63,493 nucleotides of DNA from an uncultured Actinomycetota bacterium (GCA_964561115.1 CAZLOE010000005.1:1-63493), one strand, 5' to 3'. Positions 20,111-28,944 are shown, counted from the stretch's first letter. Translations and numbers: made by a program. Notes: a model not told the origin generated them from the letters alone.

Positions 20111-21422
20111 AAATATTAGCGATATAAATATAGGAATAATCGGCTTCGGTTATATTGCAAGCGGTGTTTTTTCCCTTATAAAAGAACAGAAAGATTATCT
20201 TGCCAAGAAGATAAAGAAGAACCTTAATATCAAAAGGATTGCAGAAAAGGATCTAAAGAAGATAAAGGCTTCTTCCTTAAAAGGGATAAAAGGTATAGAA
20301 GTAAGCGGTAATGCCGACGATATCATAAAAGATGATGACATCGATATAGTAGTAGAGCTTATCGGAGGAATAGACCCTGCCTATGATTATATTTACAGGG
20401 CACTAAGTTCCGGAAAGTATGTAGTGACTGCCAATAAGGACCTTATTGCCAATAAGGGAGGGGACTTACTGGCGGAAGCGGAAAAAAATAATGTAGATAT
20501 ACTTTTTGAGGCAAGTGTAGGCGGCGGCATACCCATCATAGGACCGCTGAAATCCTCTCTGGCTTCAAACAATATAAGTAAGATCGTGGGGATAGTAAAC
20601 GGAACCACCAATTATATCCTTACTCAAATGGAAAAGGCTGGTCTATCATTTGAGGATGCGCTGGCTGAAGCCCAGGAATTAGGCTATGCAGAAAAGGTCA
20701 ATCCCTCGGCAGATATCGAGGGCTATGATGCAGCATGCAAACTGGCCATATTAAGCTCTATAGCTTTTAACTCGCGGGTCAAACAGAGCGATGTATATAA
20801 AGAAGGAATAGCAGATATCTCATCTGATGATATAGCAAATGCGCTGGATATGGGCTACAGGATAAAACTTCTGGCGGTAGGAATAGAAGAAGATGGGAAA
20901 ATAAGCGCGAGAGTCCATCCTGCCCTGATACCAATAAACCACATACTTGCGTCAATTGAAGATACATTCAATGCAGTTTATGTATACGGTAATTATATAG
21001 ATGAGATAATGAGTTACGGCAGGGGCGCCGGGGACAGACCCACGGCGAGCTCGGTTGTAGGAGATATAATAAAGATTGCCAGGAATTTTGACCGTAAAAA
21101 GAAGGGTGTCATCTACGGGTGTACCTGTTTTGAAAATAAGAAGTTTATATCCATTGATGATACCATAAGCAAGTTCTATATACTTATGGATGTAATAGAC
21201 AAGCCTGGTGTCCTGGCCTCTATAGCAGAGGTGTTCGGCAAAAACATGGTAAGCATCAATTCAATGGTCCAGAAACAGGCGGACATGGAAAAGAGAGCCA
21301 GAATTATATTCATCACCCATAAAGTAGTCAACAGGAATTTATATAAATCAATAAGCCAGATATCAAAGCTTGAAGTGGTAAATAAGGTCTTAAGTGTTAT
21401 CAGGGTGGAAGATTTAGATTAA
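20094..21422 (+). CDS. hom: Homoserine dehydrogenase with ACT domain
   Basis: VTANK, EASVGGGIP, NGTTNYIL, GRGAG, C-terminal DKPGVLA ACT domain. Confidence 0.96.
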   Translation: MKVENKNISDINIGIIGFGYIASGVFSLIKEQKDYLAKKIKKNLNIKRIAEKDLKKIKASSLKGIKGIEVSGNADDIIKDDDIDIVVELIGGIDPAYDYIYRALSSGKYVVTANKDLIANKGGDLLAEAEKNNVDILFEASVGGGIPIIGPLKSSLASNNISKIVGIVNGTTNYILTQMEKAGLSFEDALAEAQELGYAEKVNPSADIEGYDAACKLAILSSIAFNSRVKQSDVYKEGIADISSDDIANALDMGYRIKLLAVGIEEDGKISARVHPALIPINHILASIEDTFNAVYVYGNYIDEIMSYGRGAGDRPTASSVVGDIIKIARNFDRKKKGVIYGCTCFENKKFISIDDTISKFYILMDVIDKPGVLASIAEVFGKNMVSINSMVQKQADMEKRARIIFITHKVVNRNLYKSISQISKLEVVNKVLSVIRVEDLD

Positions 21423-21427
21423 CTGCG

Positions 21428-22918
21428 ATGTCAAAACTATTCTATAAAAGTACCAGAGGAGCCGAAAGCCGGCTGACATCCTCTAAAGCAATAATAAAGG
21501 GTATTGCTCCGGACGGGGGCCTTTATATTCCTGAGGCCATCCCGCAGATCGAGCGCCCCCTGAGCAGCCTTTCTGATATGGATTACCGCCAGCTTGCGCT
21601 GTACATAATAGGCAAGTTTTTTAATGATTTTTCCTCCGGCGAGCTTAAAGACTGCATCAGCAAAGCTTATGATGAAAAGTTTGACAGTCCCCTGATCGCA
21701 CCGCTGGTGGAGAAGAACGGTGTCTTTTTCCTGGAGCTTTTTCACGGACCGACGCTGGCATTCAAGGATCTTGCCTTATCCATACTGCCGCATCTTTTAA
21801 GGACGGCAGTTAAGAAAAACGGACTAAGCAAGGAAGTAGTCATTCTGGTAGCTACATCTGGCGATACAGGCAAGGCAGCACTGGAAGGATTTGCAGGTGT
21901 TGAAGGTACCAAAATAATTGTCTTCTATCCCAGGGATGGAGTAAGCATAATACAAAAAAGGCATATGACCACCCAGGCAGGAGACAATACCTATGCTGTT
22001 GCTGTTGAAGGTAATTTTGATGATGCCCAGAGGGGAGTAAAGCAGATCTTTTCCGACAGTAAGGTCAATGAGGCTTTAAACAGCAGGGGATATATATTTT
22101 CTTCGGCAAACTCTATTAATATAGGAAGGCTGATACCCCAGATAGTATATTATGTCTACGCCTATCTTGGTCTACTAAAATCAGAAAAAATCGGCAAAAA
22201 GGAAAAGATAAATGTAGTAGTTCCCACCGGCAATTTTGGAAATATTCTGGCGGCCTACTATGCTAAAAAGATGGGACTGCCGATAGATAAGCTGATATGC
22301 GCTTCCAATGAGAATAATGTGCTTTACCACTTTATAAAAACAGGGGTATACAACAGGAAGAGAAAACTTGTTGTCACCAGTTCGCCTTCTATGGATATTC
22401 TTGTTTCAAGCAACCTGGAGCGCCTGCTCTATGATATCTCAGGCAGTGACCCGGAAAAGGTAAATACTCTTATAAGCGACCTTAATAAAAAAGGAGAATT
22501 TAAGATAGACAGTGATATGAAAGACAGGATGTCTGACTTCTACGGAGAGTTTGCCACGGATAAGGAAACCTTTGAGACTATAAAATATGTCTTTAAAGAC
22601 CTAAACTACCTTATAGATCCCCATACTGCGGTGGGATATAATGTATACCGCAAGTATGTCAGGGAAAGTGGAGACAGGTCAAAGACGGTAATAGTCTCTA
22701 CTGCAAGCCCTTTTAAGTTTCCAGGCAGTGTATCAAGAGCCATAGATAAAAAGTATGCCGGAGTAGACGAGTTTTCTCTTCTTGAGACGCTGGCAGACAT
22801 TTCAGGTCAGAAGATACCTGAAGCAATAAAGGATATAGCAAAGAGGAAGATCCTTCACATTAAAGTATGCAAGCCCGGCCAGATGAAAGATGTAATATGG
22901 GATATTCTTGGAATATAG
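21428..22918 (+). CDS. thrC: Threonine synthase
   Basis: ELFHGPTLAFKD, ATSGDTG, NSINIGR, PTGNFGN, STASPFKF. Confidence 0.96.
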   Translation: MSKLFYKSTRGAESRLTSSKAIIKGIAPDGGLYIPEAIPQIERPLSSLSDMDYRQLALYIIGKFFNDFSSGELKDCISKAYDEKFDSPLIAPLVEKNGVFFLELFHGPTLAFKDLALSILPHLLRTAVKKNGLSKEVVILVATSGDTGKAALEGFAGVEGTKIIVFYPRDGVSIIQKRHMTTQAGDNTYAVAVEGNFDDAQRGVKQIFSDSKVNEALNSRGYIFSSANSINIGRLIPQIVYYVYAYLGLLKSEKIGKKEKINVVVPTGNFGNILAAYYAKKMGLPIDKLICASNENNVLYHFIKTGVYNRKRKLVVTSSPSMDILVSSNLERLLYDISGSDPEKVNTLISDLNKKGEFKIDSDMKDRMSDFYGEFATDKETFETIKYVFKDLNYLIDPHTAVGYNVYRKYVRESGDRSKTVIVSTASPFKFPGSVSRAIDKKYAGVDEFSLLETLADISGQKIPEAIKDIAKRKILHIKVCKPGQMKDVIWDILGI

Positions 22919-22939
22919 AAAGAATTTAAGGTGAATATC

Positions 22940-24157
22940 ATGAAATATATAATAATAGTCATAGACGGTATGGCAGATTACAGGATAAGCAAACTGGGCA
23001 GAAAAACCCCACTGCAGTTTGCTAAAACACCGACTTTAGATAGTATTGCCAGGGACAGCGAAATGGGAACAGCCAGAACTGTTCCCGAAGGAATGGCGCC
23101 CGGAAGCGATGTTGCAAATCTTTCGGTTTTAGGATATGACCCCCAAAAATACCATACAGGCCGCGCTCCGCTTGAGGCTGCGAGCATGGGAATCAATCTG
23201 CTGGATGAAGATGTAGCATTCAGATGCAATCTGGTCACATTATCCAAAGAATATAATTATACCGATAGGATTATGATAGACTACAGTGCAGGAGAAATCC
23301 CTACTGACAAGGCCAGAATACTTATCAGAGATATCAAAAACAAACTTCAAACTGAATATATCAGGTTTTACCCGGGAGTAAGCTATAGGCACATAATTGT
23401 ATGGAAGAATGGACCTGACAGAAATATTCTGACCCCGCCTCATGATATAACAGGTAAGAAAATTGCCGAATTTCTGCCCAAAGGCCCGGGTGAGAATGTA
23501 ATTTTAGGGATGATAGTAAAGAGTATGGCTCTGCTGGAAGACCATATTGTAAATATAAAAAGAGTAAAAGAGGGCAAAAGACCTGCAAATGCCATATGGA
23601 TATGGGGTGAAGGAAAAAGGCCCGATCTGGACAGCTTCTACGGAAAATATAAGTTAAGGGGTTCAATAATATCGGCTGTCGATCTGATAAAGGGGATCGG
23701 TGTTTTGGCCGGACTTGAACCGGTCACAGTCGAGGGTGCCACCGGGACTATTGACACTAATTTCAGCGGAAAAGCCGATGCTGCAATAAATCAGCTTATA
23801 GCAGGAAAGGATTTTGTATTTATCCACCTGGAAGCTGCCGATGAATGCAGCCATCAGGGAGATGTGGAAAACAAGGTAAAGGCAATAGAAATAATAGACA
23901 GGGAAGTCATAAAAGCAATAAAGAAAGATATGGAGAAAGAAGAGCTTGACTATAAGATGATGATACTCCCCGATCATTATACTCCTATAAGGAAGAAGAC
24001 CCACAGTTCAGAGCCTGTGCCGTTTCTTATCTATGACAGTACAAAGTCAGCCGGCGGCAAGTCTAAAAGATTCGATGAGTTCAAGGCGAAAAAGACAGGC
24101 CTGCATTTTGAGGAAGGATATAAGCTGATAGACTATTTCTTTGGGAAAGAGGGATAG
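22940..24157 (+). CDS. Cofactor-independent phosphoglycerate mutase family (ApgM), proposed homoserine-kinase subfamily
   Basis: DGMAD, PGSDVANLS, GRAPLEA, HLEAADECSHQG, PDHYTP; directly after hom-thrC. Confidence 0.85.
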   Translation: MKYIIIVIDGMADYRISKLGRKTPLQFAKTPTLDSIARDSEMGTARTVPEGMAPGSDVANLSVLGYDPQKYHTGRAPLEAASMGINLLDEDVAFRCNLVTLSKEYNYTDRIMIDYSAGEIPTDKARILIRDIKNKLQTEYIRFYPGVSYRHIIVWKNGPDRNILTPPHDITGKKIAEFLPKGPGENVILGMIVKSMALLEDHIVNIKRVKEGKRPANAIWIWGEGKRPDLDSFYGKYKLRGSIISAVDLIKGIGVLAGLEPVTVEGATGTIDTNFSGKADAAINQLIAGKDFVFIHLEAADECSHQGDVENKVKAIEIIDREVIKAIKKDMEKEELDYKMMILPDHYTPIRKKTHSSEPVPFLIYDSTKSAGGKSKRFDEFKAKKTGLHFEEGYKLIDYFFGKEG

Positions 24158-24186
24158 GCAATATAGTGTATTAATATTAAAGTTTA

Positions 24187-24212
24187 TGGTTCGAGTCACT
24201 TTGGGGCTACCA
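24187..24212 (+). repeat. Site 1: orphan tRNA 3'-end-like fragment (attL/attB-like)
   Basis: TGGTTCGAGTCACTTTGGGGCTACCA: T-loop TTCGAGT, 5 nt, 7-nt acceptor strand, A, CCA, at exact tRNA spacing; no 5' half upstream. Confidence 0.75.
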
Positions 24213-24365
24213 GCTCAATACATTACCTAATATATATCTTAACTACCATATAAACATCAACTATAGGTCAAATCATTTCTCTCTTAAGAAATTACCTTAA
24301 AAAAAAGAAAAATAGAACGAATATATATAATAATATATAATATATTTAACTAAATAGGAGTATCT

Positions 24366-25709
24366 ATGAAAAAGTTAATATATATAATTACAGTTTTAGT
24401 TCTTATCCTAAGCTTTACTCCTGCTTGTGGCAAAACTGTATCAACTGATGAAGCTTTAGTTGAATCAGAACAGGCATACCCTGTAATTCAATTAATTGAA
24501 GCATGCAGACTAGGGAATCTTGAAGATGTAAAAAGACTAATAGAACAAAGTGCAGATATTAATAAAAAAGATTGGGGTGGCTTTACACCTTTAATGATTG
24601 CATCAGCTTTTGGCTATACTGAGATTGTAGAGATGCTTATAGATAATGGCGCAGATGTTAATGCACAAAATCATTATAGCAGTACAGCTTTGAAGTACGC
24701 AGTAGGCGGCGGCTACATCGAGATTGTAGAGATGCTGATAGCTAATGGTGGGGATGTCAATGTAAAAGCAAATGTAAACTTGATAGATTTGAGGGGGGCT
24801 GCAAACGGTAGCTACGACATCTCAGATTATAGTGCAGAAATTGATACAAAAGGAAAAGCTTTATTACGTGCAGTATCTGAAGGCAACACTGAAACTTTAG
24901 AGATGCTGATAGATAATGGTGCGGATGTTAATGTAAAAGATAATGGAAGATGGACAGCTTTGATGTACGCAGCAGCTTATGGCTACACTGAGATTGCAGA
25001 GATGCTGATAGATAATGGTGCGGATGTTAATAAAAAAACAAATTTAATTGGTACTACAGCTTTGATGATCGCATCAGGCGGTGGCTATACCGAGATTGTA
25101 GAGATGCTTATAGATAATGGTGCGGATGTCAATGCAGAACAATATGGAAAATGGACAGCTTTGATGATTGCATCAGGCGGTGGCTATACCGAGATTGTAG
25201 AGATGCTGATAGATAATGGTGCGGATGTCAATGCAATAAGCCGTGACTGCGGTACAGCTTTGAAGTATGCATCAGCTGGTGGCTACACTGAGATTGCAGA
25301 GATGCTTATAGATAATGGTGCGGATGTTAATGCAAAAGAAGTCTGGGCAGCTTTGACAATTGCATCAGGCCTTGGCTATACCGAGATTGCAGAGATGCTT
25401 ATAGATAATGGTGCGGATGTTAATAAAAAAACAAATTTTATTGACGGTATATCTTTGAATTATTCTGTATTTGATGGCTACATTGAAACTGAAGGGATTC
25501 AGATAGTATATGGTTATACAAATGAAGACTGGACAGCTTTGATGTACGCGGCAGCTGGTGGCTACACTGAGATTGTAGAGATGCTGATAGATAATGGTAC
25601 AGTTGTTAATTTGAAAGCAGATAATGGCAGTACAGCTTCGATGATTGCGATAGAGAAAGGCTACACCGAGATTGTAAATATACTTAAGGAAGCAGGTGCC
25701 CAAGAATAG
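24366..25709 (+). CDS. Ankyrin-repeat lipoprotein (about 11 repeats)
   Basis: Signal peptide ending TPAC; nine EMLI(D/A)NG..VN units plus two cap repeats; near-identical DNA repeats. Confidence 0.9.
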   Translation: MKKLIYIITVLVLILSFTPACGKTVSTDEALVESEQAYPVIQLIEACRLGNLEDVKRLIEQSADINKKDWGGFTPLMIASAFGYTEIVEMLIDNGADVNAQNHYSSTALKYAVGGGYIEIVEMLIANGGDVNVKANVNLIDLRGAANGSYDISDYSAEIDTKGKALLRAVSEGNTETLEMLIDNGADVNVKDNGRWTALMYAAAYGYTEIAEMLIDNGADVNKKTNLIGTTALMIASGGGYTEIVEMLIDNGADVNAEQYGKWTALMIASGGGYTEIVEMLIDNGADVNAISRDCGTALKYASAGGYTEIAEMLIDNGADVNAKEVWAALTIASGLGYTEIAEMLIDNGADVNKKTNFIDGISLNYSVFDGYIETEGIQIVYGYTNEDWTALMYAAAGGYTEIVEMLIDNGTVVNLKADNGSTASMIAIEKGYTEIVNILKEAGAQE

Positions 25710-25722
25710 CGGGACACCAAAG

Positions 25723-25797
25723 TTAATAATTTAATTTTTTAAATTCTCTCAGTTCCTTTAAAATCTGGTTCGAAATTGTAATACTTGGGGCTACCAT
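25723..25797 (-). other. Cryptic peptide across site 2 (putative displaced recombinase C-terminus)
   Basis: Hand translation MVAPSITISNQILKELREFKKLNY*. Confidence 0.55.
25766..25796 (+). repeat. Site 2: 31-bp att-like direct repeat
   Basis: TGGTTCGAAATT-GTAAT-ACTTGGGGCTACCA. Confidence 0.85.
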
Positions 25798-25865
25798 ATA
25801 AGAAGTTTTGAAGTATAAAAAGAACATATATCTTTAACCTTGATTATTCTGGCTCCTGATTCTTT

Positions 25866-26558
25866 CTAAGGCCTCTTTCTAGTTAGAAAATCAAAAAGTA
25901 GTCTGGAATTATCTTTTGAATTCCTTAAAATTATTTTCTGCCATTTCTTGGGTAATGAATCAAATATATCAGTAATCTTTTTTTGTTGCGTTTTACTTTG
26001 TAATAAGAATTCTCCGATTTCTTTTGCAGATGACAAATCTCTTTTTTGCTTTTCTTTGTTTAGTCTTCTTTCTTGAATTATAAATTTATGAAACACATAA
26101 GCTGCCGGTTCGGGAAGAACAACTATCATATCTTCATATTTTACTTTTATCGTATGCTGTTGAAGAAGATTAAGGAACCTCAGCCCTTGAGCATTGATGT
26201 GTAATTTGGGTATTTGATATGGCTTATTTCCTTTACCTCTTCCAAGATCTGCAATTAAAAACTCTAATTCAAGTTCTGGATGAACATATTTTGTATGCCC
26301 AGTTAAATAGTTATTAGAAGGAATAAAATCTAAACTATTTAGGATTTCAGGTACATTCACATCTTTTCTTATTTTCGGTGGATTTGGAATAAGAAAGTCA
26401 ATATCCAATGTTCTTAATAGTGGTATTTCTGGAGCATTTGAAAAATAAAATCTGTAAAAATAATGGCACCAACTTCCAATAAGAATAATATCTTCCAGAA
26501 CACCTTCACCATAAAGCAAATTGAGAGTTTTGAAAAATAAGTTACCTTTTCTTTTCAT
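25866..26558 (-). CDS. Nucleotidyltransferase-fold protein (GSU2403/NTP_transf_8-like), putative toxin
   Basis: IILIGSW, RTLDIDFLIP (G-S and DxD NTase motifs), LEFL, PEPAAYVFHK, KQKRD. Confidence 0.75.
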   Translation of the reverse strand: MKRKGNLFFKTLNLLYGEGVLEDIILIGSWCHYFYRFYFSNAPEIPLLRTLDIDFLIPNPPKIRKDVNVPEILNSLDFIPSNNYLTGHTKYVHPELELEFLIADLGRGKGNKPYQIPKLHINAQGLRFLNLLQQHTIKVKYEDMIVVLPEPAAYVFHKFIIQERRLNKEKQKRDLSSAKEIGEFLLQSKTQQKKITDIFDSLPKKWQKIILRNSKDNSRLLFDFLTRKRP

Positions 26559-26856
26559 GAGACATCTTTTCCAACTTTATAATATTGTTTTTAGCCTGAA
26601 TGTATAGTTTTCTAAGCCTTCTTCTTTCCTCTATTTTAAGCTTAATCTGAGAAATTTCTTCTTTATCTAATTTACCTAAATATTTAAAAATACTTTTTTT
26701 CCTCTCTCTATAATTAAGATAATAGTATATATGCCCCTTTATCTCCTTTTTTATCAGACTTCCTTTTGGAAATTTAATTAATTTACTCTCATAACTTTTT
26801 TTAAGGTTCTCTAACCTGCTTAATTCTTCTTTTAATATTCCATTTAGAATTTCCAT
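26542..26856 (-). CDS. Small basic protein, putative DNA-binding antitoxin/regulator (DUF6788-like)
   Basis: Coiled-coil, then KGSLIKKEIKGHIYYYLNYRE..YLGK, then coiled-coil; AGGAG SD; overlaps the NTase start by 17 nt. Confidence 0.7.
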   Translation of the reverse strand: MEILNGILKEELSRLENLKKSYESKLIKFPKGSLIKKEIKGHIYYYLNYRERKKSIFKYLGKLDKEEISQIKLKIEERRRLRKLYIQAKNNIIKLEKMSHEKKR

Positions 26857-26869
26857 ATTTTACTCCTGA

Positions 26870-26967
26870 GTTACCAGATAAACTAGTAAACCTAAATTAT
26901 TGTCTGGTAACATCCTATTGATTAGGTTACCAGACAAATACTTAATTATTATGATATGTCTGGTAAC
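26870..26967. promoter_or_regulatory. Tandem pair of inverted-repeat operators
   Basis: GTTACCAGATA-N20-TGTCTGGTAAC (26870-26911) and GTTACCAGACA-N20-TGTCTGGTAAC (26926-26967). Confidence 0.8.
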
Positions 26968-26976
26968 TTTTGTCAA
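26948..26976 (-). promoter_or_regulatory. Sigma70-type promoter of the NTase operon
   Basis: TTGACA-N17-CATAAT on the minus strand, overlapped by the second operator. Confidence 0.7.
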
Positions 26977-27092
26977 GGACTGGGCTAATTTTATTTGATC
27001 AATATACCACAAAAGGATTTAGTCTATCTGGTATCGGAAATCATAGATCGACATTATTTGTAATATAAGACTCGCCTGAGCAAATGGGTCAT

Positions 27093-27170
27093 TTAGTTAA
27101 AAAATATATCTTCTATTTCATTCAACTTCTTCAAAATTTGGTTCGAAATTTCAATACTTGGGGCTCCTAT
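27093..27170 (-). other. Cryptic peptide across site 3
   Basis: Hand translation IGAPSIEISNQILKKLNEIEDIFFN*. Confidence 0.55.
27139..27169 (+). repeat. Site 3: 31-bp att-like direct repeat
   Basis: TGGTTCGAAATT-TCAAT-ACTTGGGGCTCCTA. Confidence 0.85.
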
Positions 27171-27260
27171 AAGTAGCTAAATTATATAAAATAGATTAAA
27201 TATATATAGTACTTTCCAAAAAACTTCTCTATAACCGGAATAATTATCTTTATTAAAATA

Positions 27261-27299
27261 GATAAATGTGATATATATATCTATATATCTACATTTATC
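27261..27299. promoter_or_regulatory. Imperfect palindrome, probable ArsR operator
   Basis: GATAAATGT-(AT-rich, near-symmetric 21 nt)-ACATTTATC upstream of the thioredoxin-permease-arsR operon. Confidence 0.6.
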
Positions 27300-27345
27300 A
27301 ATATATATATATTTAAAGTAAATAAAAGATAGGGAGATGGTAAAA

Positions 27346-27585
27346 ATGGAAATTAAAGTAGTAGGCCCTGGCTGTACAAACTGTAAAAATCTATTAGAGG
27401 TAGTCAAGCGAGCTGTTAAAGAACTAGATCTTGTAATAGAGGTTGAGCATGTAACTGATGTTCAAAAAATGGTTGAGATGGATATTATGCAGACTCCTGC
27501 ACTTGCAATCAACGACAAGGTTGTACTTTCAGGTTTTGTGCCTGATATAAAAACTGTAAAAAATAAAATAAAAGAAAACGAGTAG
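27346..27585 (+). CDS. Small thioredoxin-like redox protein (MTH895/Thioredoxin_3 type)
   Basis: VVGPGCTNC CxxC, IMQTPALAIN..V..G; ATG at 27346 has better SD spacing than 27337. Confidence 0.85.
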   Translation: MEIKVVGPGCTNCKNLLEVVKRAVKELDLVIEVEHVTDVQKMVEMDIMQTPALAINDKVVLSGFVPDIKTVKNKIKENE

Positions 27586-27592
27586 ACAAGTT

Positions 27593-28558
27593 ATGAGCAT
27601 ATTTTATCCTGTTGAGCTGCTTGCTGACTGGCTTACTTTCGATGTTTTTCACCTTGCGGGTAAAAAGCTACTGGCATCAGCGGTAAACTTTTTTATATAC
27701 GACACCATAAAGATATTTATCCTGCTTGCAGTAATTATTTTTATAGTATCTATAATCAGGACATTTCTATCACCTGAAAGGATAAGAGGGATACTTTCCC
27801 GCAGAAATAAGTATGTTGGTAATTTTCTTGCTGCGGTTCTGGGAATAATTACTCCATTTTGCTCATGCAGTGCTATTCCCCTATTTTTGGGATTTATGGA
27901 AGCAGGTATACCTTTGGGAACGACATTTTCCTTTCTTGTTTCTTCTCCCATGATAAATGAGGTCGCCCTTGTTTTGCTTTTGGGTTCTTTCGGTTGGAAG
28001 GTAGCTTTAATCTATATAGGCAGCGGACTTGTTATTGCAATACTTTCAGGTATTTTAATTGGTAGACTTAAGGTCGAGAACCTGGTCGAAGATTTTGTTT
28101 TTAAAAACAAATTAAATCCATCTAGAAACGGCTTAAAGATGCATTGGAAAGATAGGCTAAATTATGCAAAAAGCTACACGGGTCAGATTATCAAAAAAGT
28201 ATGGTATTTTATTTTAATAGGTATAGGTATCGGTGCTTTCATACATGGTTATATACCGGTAGATTTTTTAGCCCAGTATGCCGGTGCTGATAAATGGTAT
28301 GGTGTTATTGTCGCAACAATAATTGGAATCCCTCTTTATTCAAATGCAGCAGGGGTAATCCCTCTGGTAAGTGCACTTGCAGAAAAAGGTGTTGCTATTG
28401 GTACAACTCTGTCTTTTATGATGGCAGTTACTGCACTATCACTGCCTGAATTTTTAATCTTAAAAAGAGTGATGAAAACAAAACTAATTTTGATATTTGC
28501 CGGGATAGTCGGTGCTGGTATTATAATTACAGGTTATATATTTAATTTAATTTTATAA
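27593..28558 (+). CDS. ArsP/DUF318-family permease
   Basis: TPFCSCSAIP, FLVSSPMINEV, GIPLYSNAAG, ALSLPE; multiple TM segments. Confidence 0.88.
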   Translation: MSIFYPVELLADWLTFDVFHLAGKKLLASAVNFFIYDTIKIFILLAVIIFIVSIIRTFLSPERIRGILSRRNKYVGNFLAAVLGIITPFCSCSAIPLFLGFMEAGIPLGTTFSFLVSSPMINEVALVLLLGSFGWKVALIYIGSGLVIAILSGILIGRLKVENLVEDFVFKNKLNPSRNGLKMHWKDRLNYAKSYTGQIIKKVWYFILIGIGIGAFIHGYIPVDFLAQYAGADKWYGVIVATIIGIPLYSNAAGVIPLVSALAEKGVAIGTTLSFMMAVTALSLPEFLILKRVMKTKLILIFAGIVGAGIIITGYIFNLIL

Positions 28559-28587
28559 GATGCTTGATTTAAAGTAATGGGGCACAA

Positions 28588-28944
28588 ATGGAAAGAATTA
28601 TTAAAATTTTAAAAGCTGTTTCTGATGAGAATAGGCTAAGGATAATTTGCCTTATTTTTCATAAAAGTGGGTTATGTGTATGTGAAATAACTGAAGTCAT
28701 AGGTCTTTCCCAGTCCACCGTATCAACACATTTAAAAAAGTTACAGGAAGCAGGACTGATAACTTATTCCAAAGATGGACTCTGGATTAATTATTACTTC
28801 AATAAAAATTTGGAAAAAAATTTATTGAATCCTATAAGTTTACTAATGATTCAGTTAAAAGACGATAAAAAGATAAAAGAAGATTTTAAAAAAGCTGAAA
28901 AAGTTTCAAGACTTGAGATCTGTAAAAGCATTAAAGCTAGTTAA
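28588..28944 (+). CDS. ArsR/SmtB-family regulator
   Basis: KAVSDENRLRII, LCVCEI metal site, SQSTVSTHLKKL HTH. Confidence 0.92.
   Translation: MERIIKILKAVSDENRLRIICLIFHKSGLCVCEITEVIGLSQSTVSTHLKKLQEAGLITYSKDGLWINYYFNKNLEKNLLNPISLLMIQLKDDKKIKEDFKKAEKVSRLEICKSIKAS

Noticed and set aside
24243-24253. CTACCATATAA, identical to the end and flank of site 2
   Set aside because: Only 11 AT-rich nt with no left arm; may be a decayed site but cannot be supported
27026-27042. ATCTGGTATCGGAAATC, resembling the left arm of the sites
   Set aside because: Needs two indels and has no right arm
27177-27407. 76-aa minus-strand ORF in frame with the site-3 peptide
   Set aside because: Low-complexity translation of the AT-rich operator region, antisense to the thioredoxin gene and separated from the peptide by a stop
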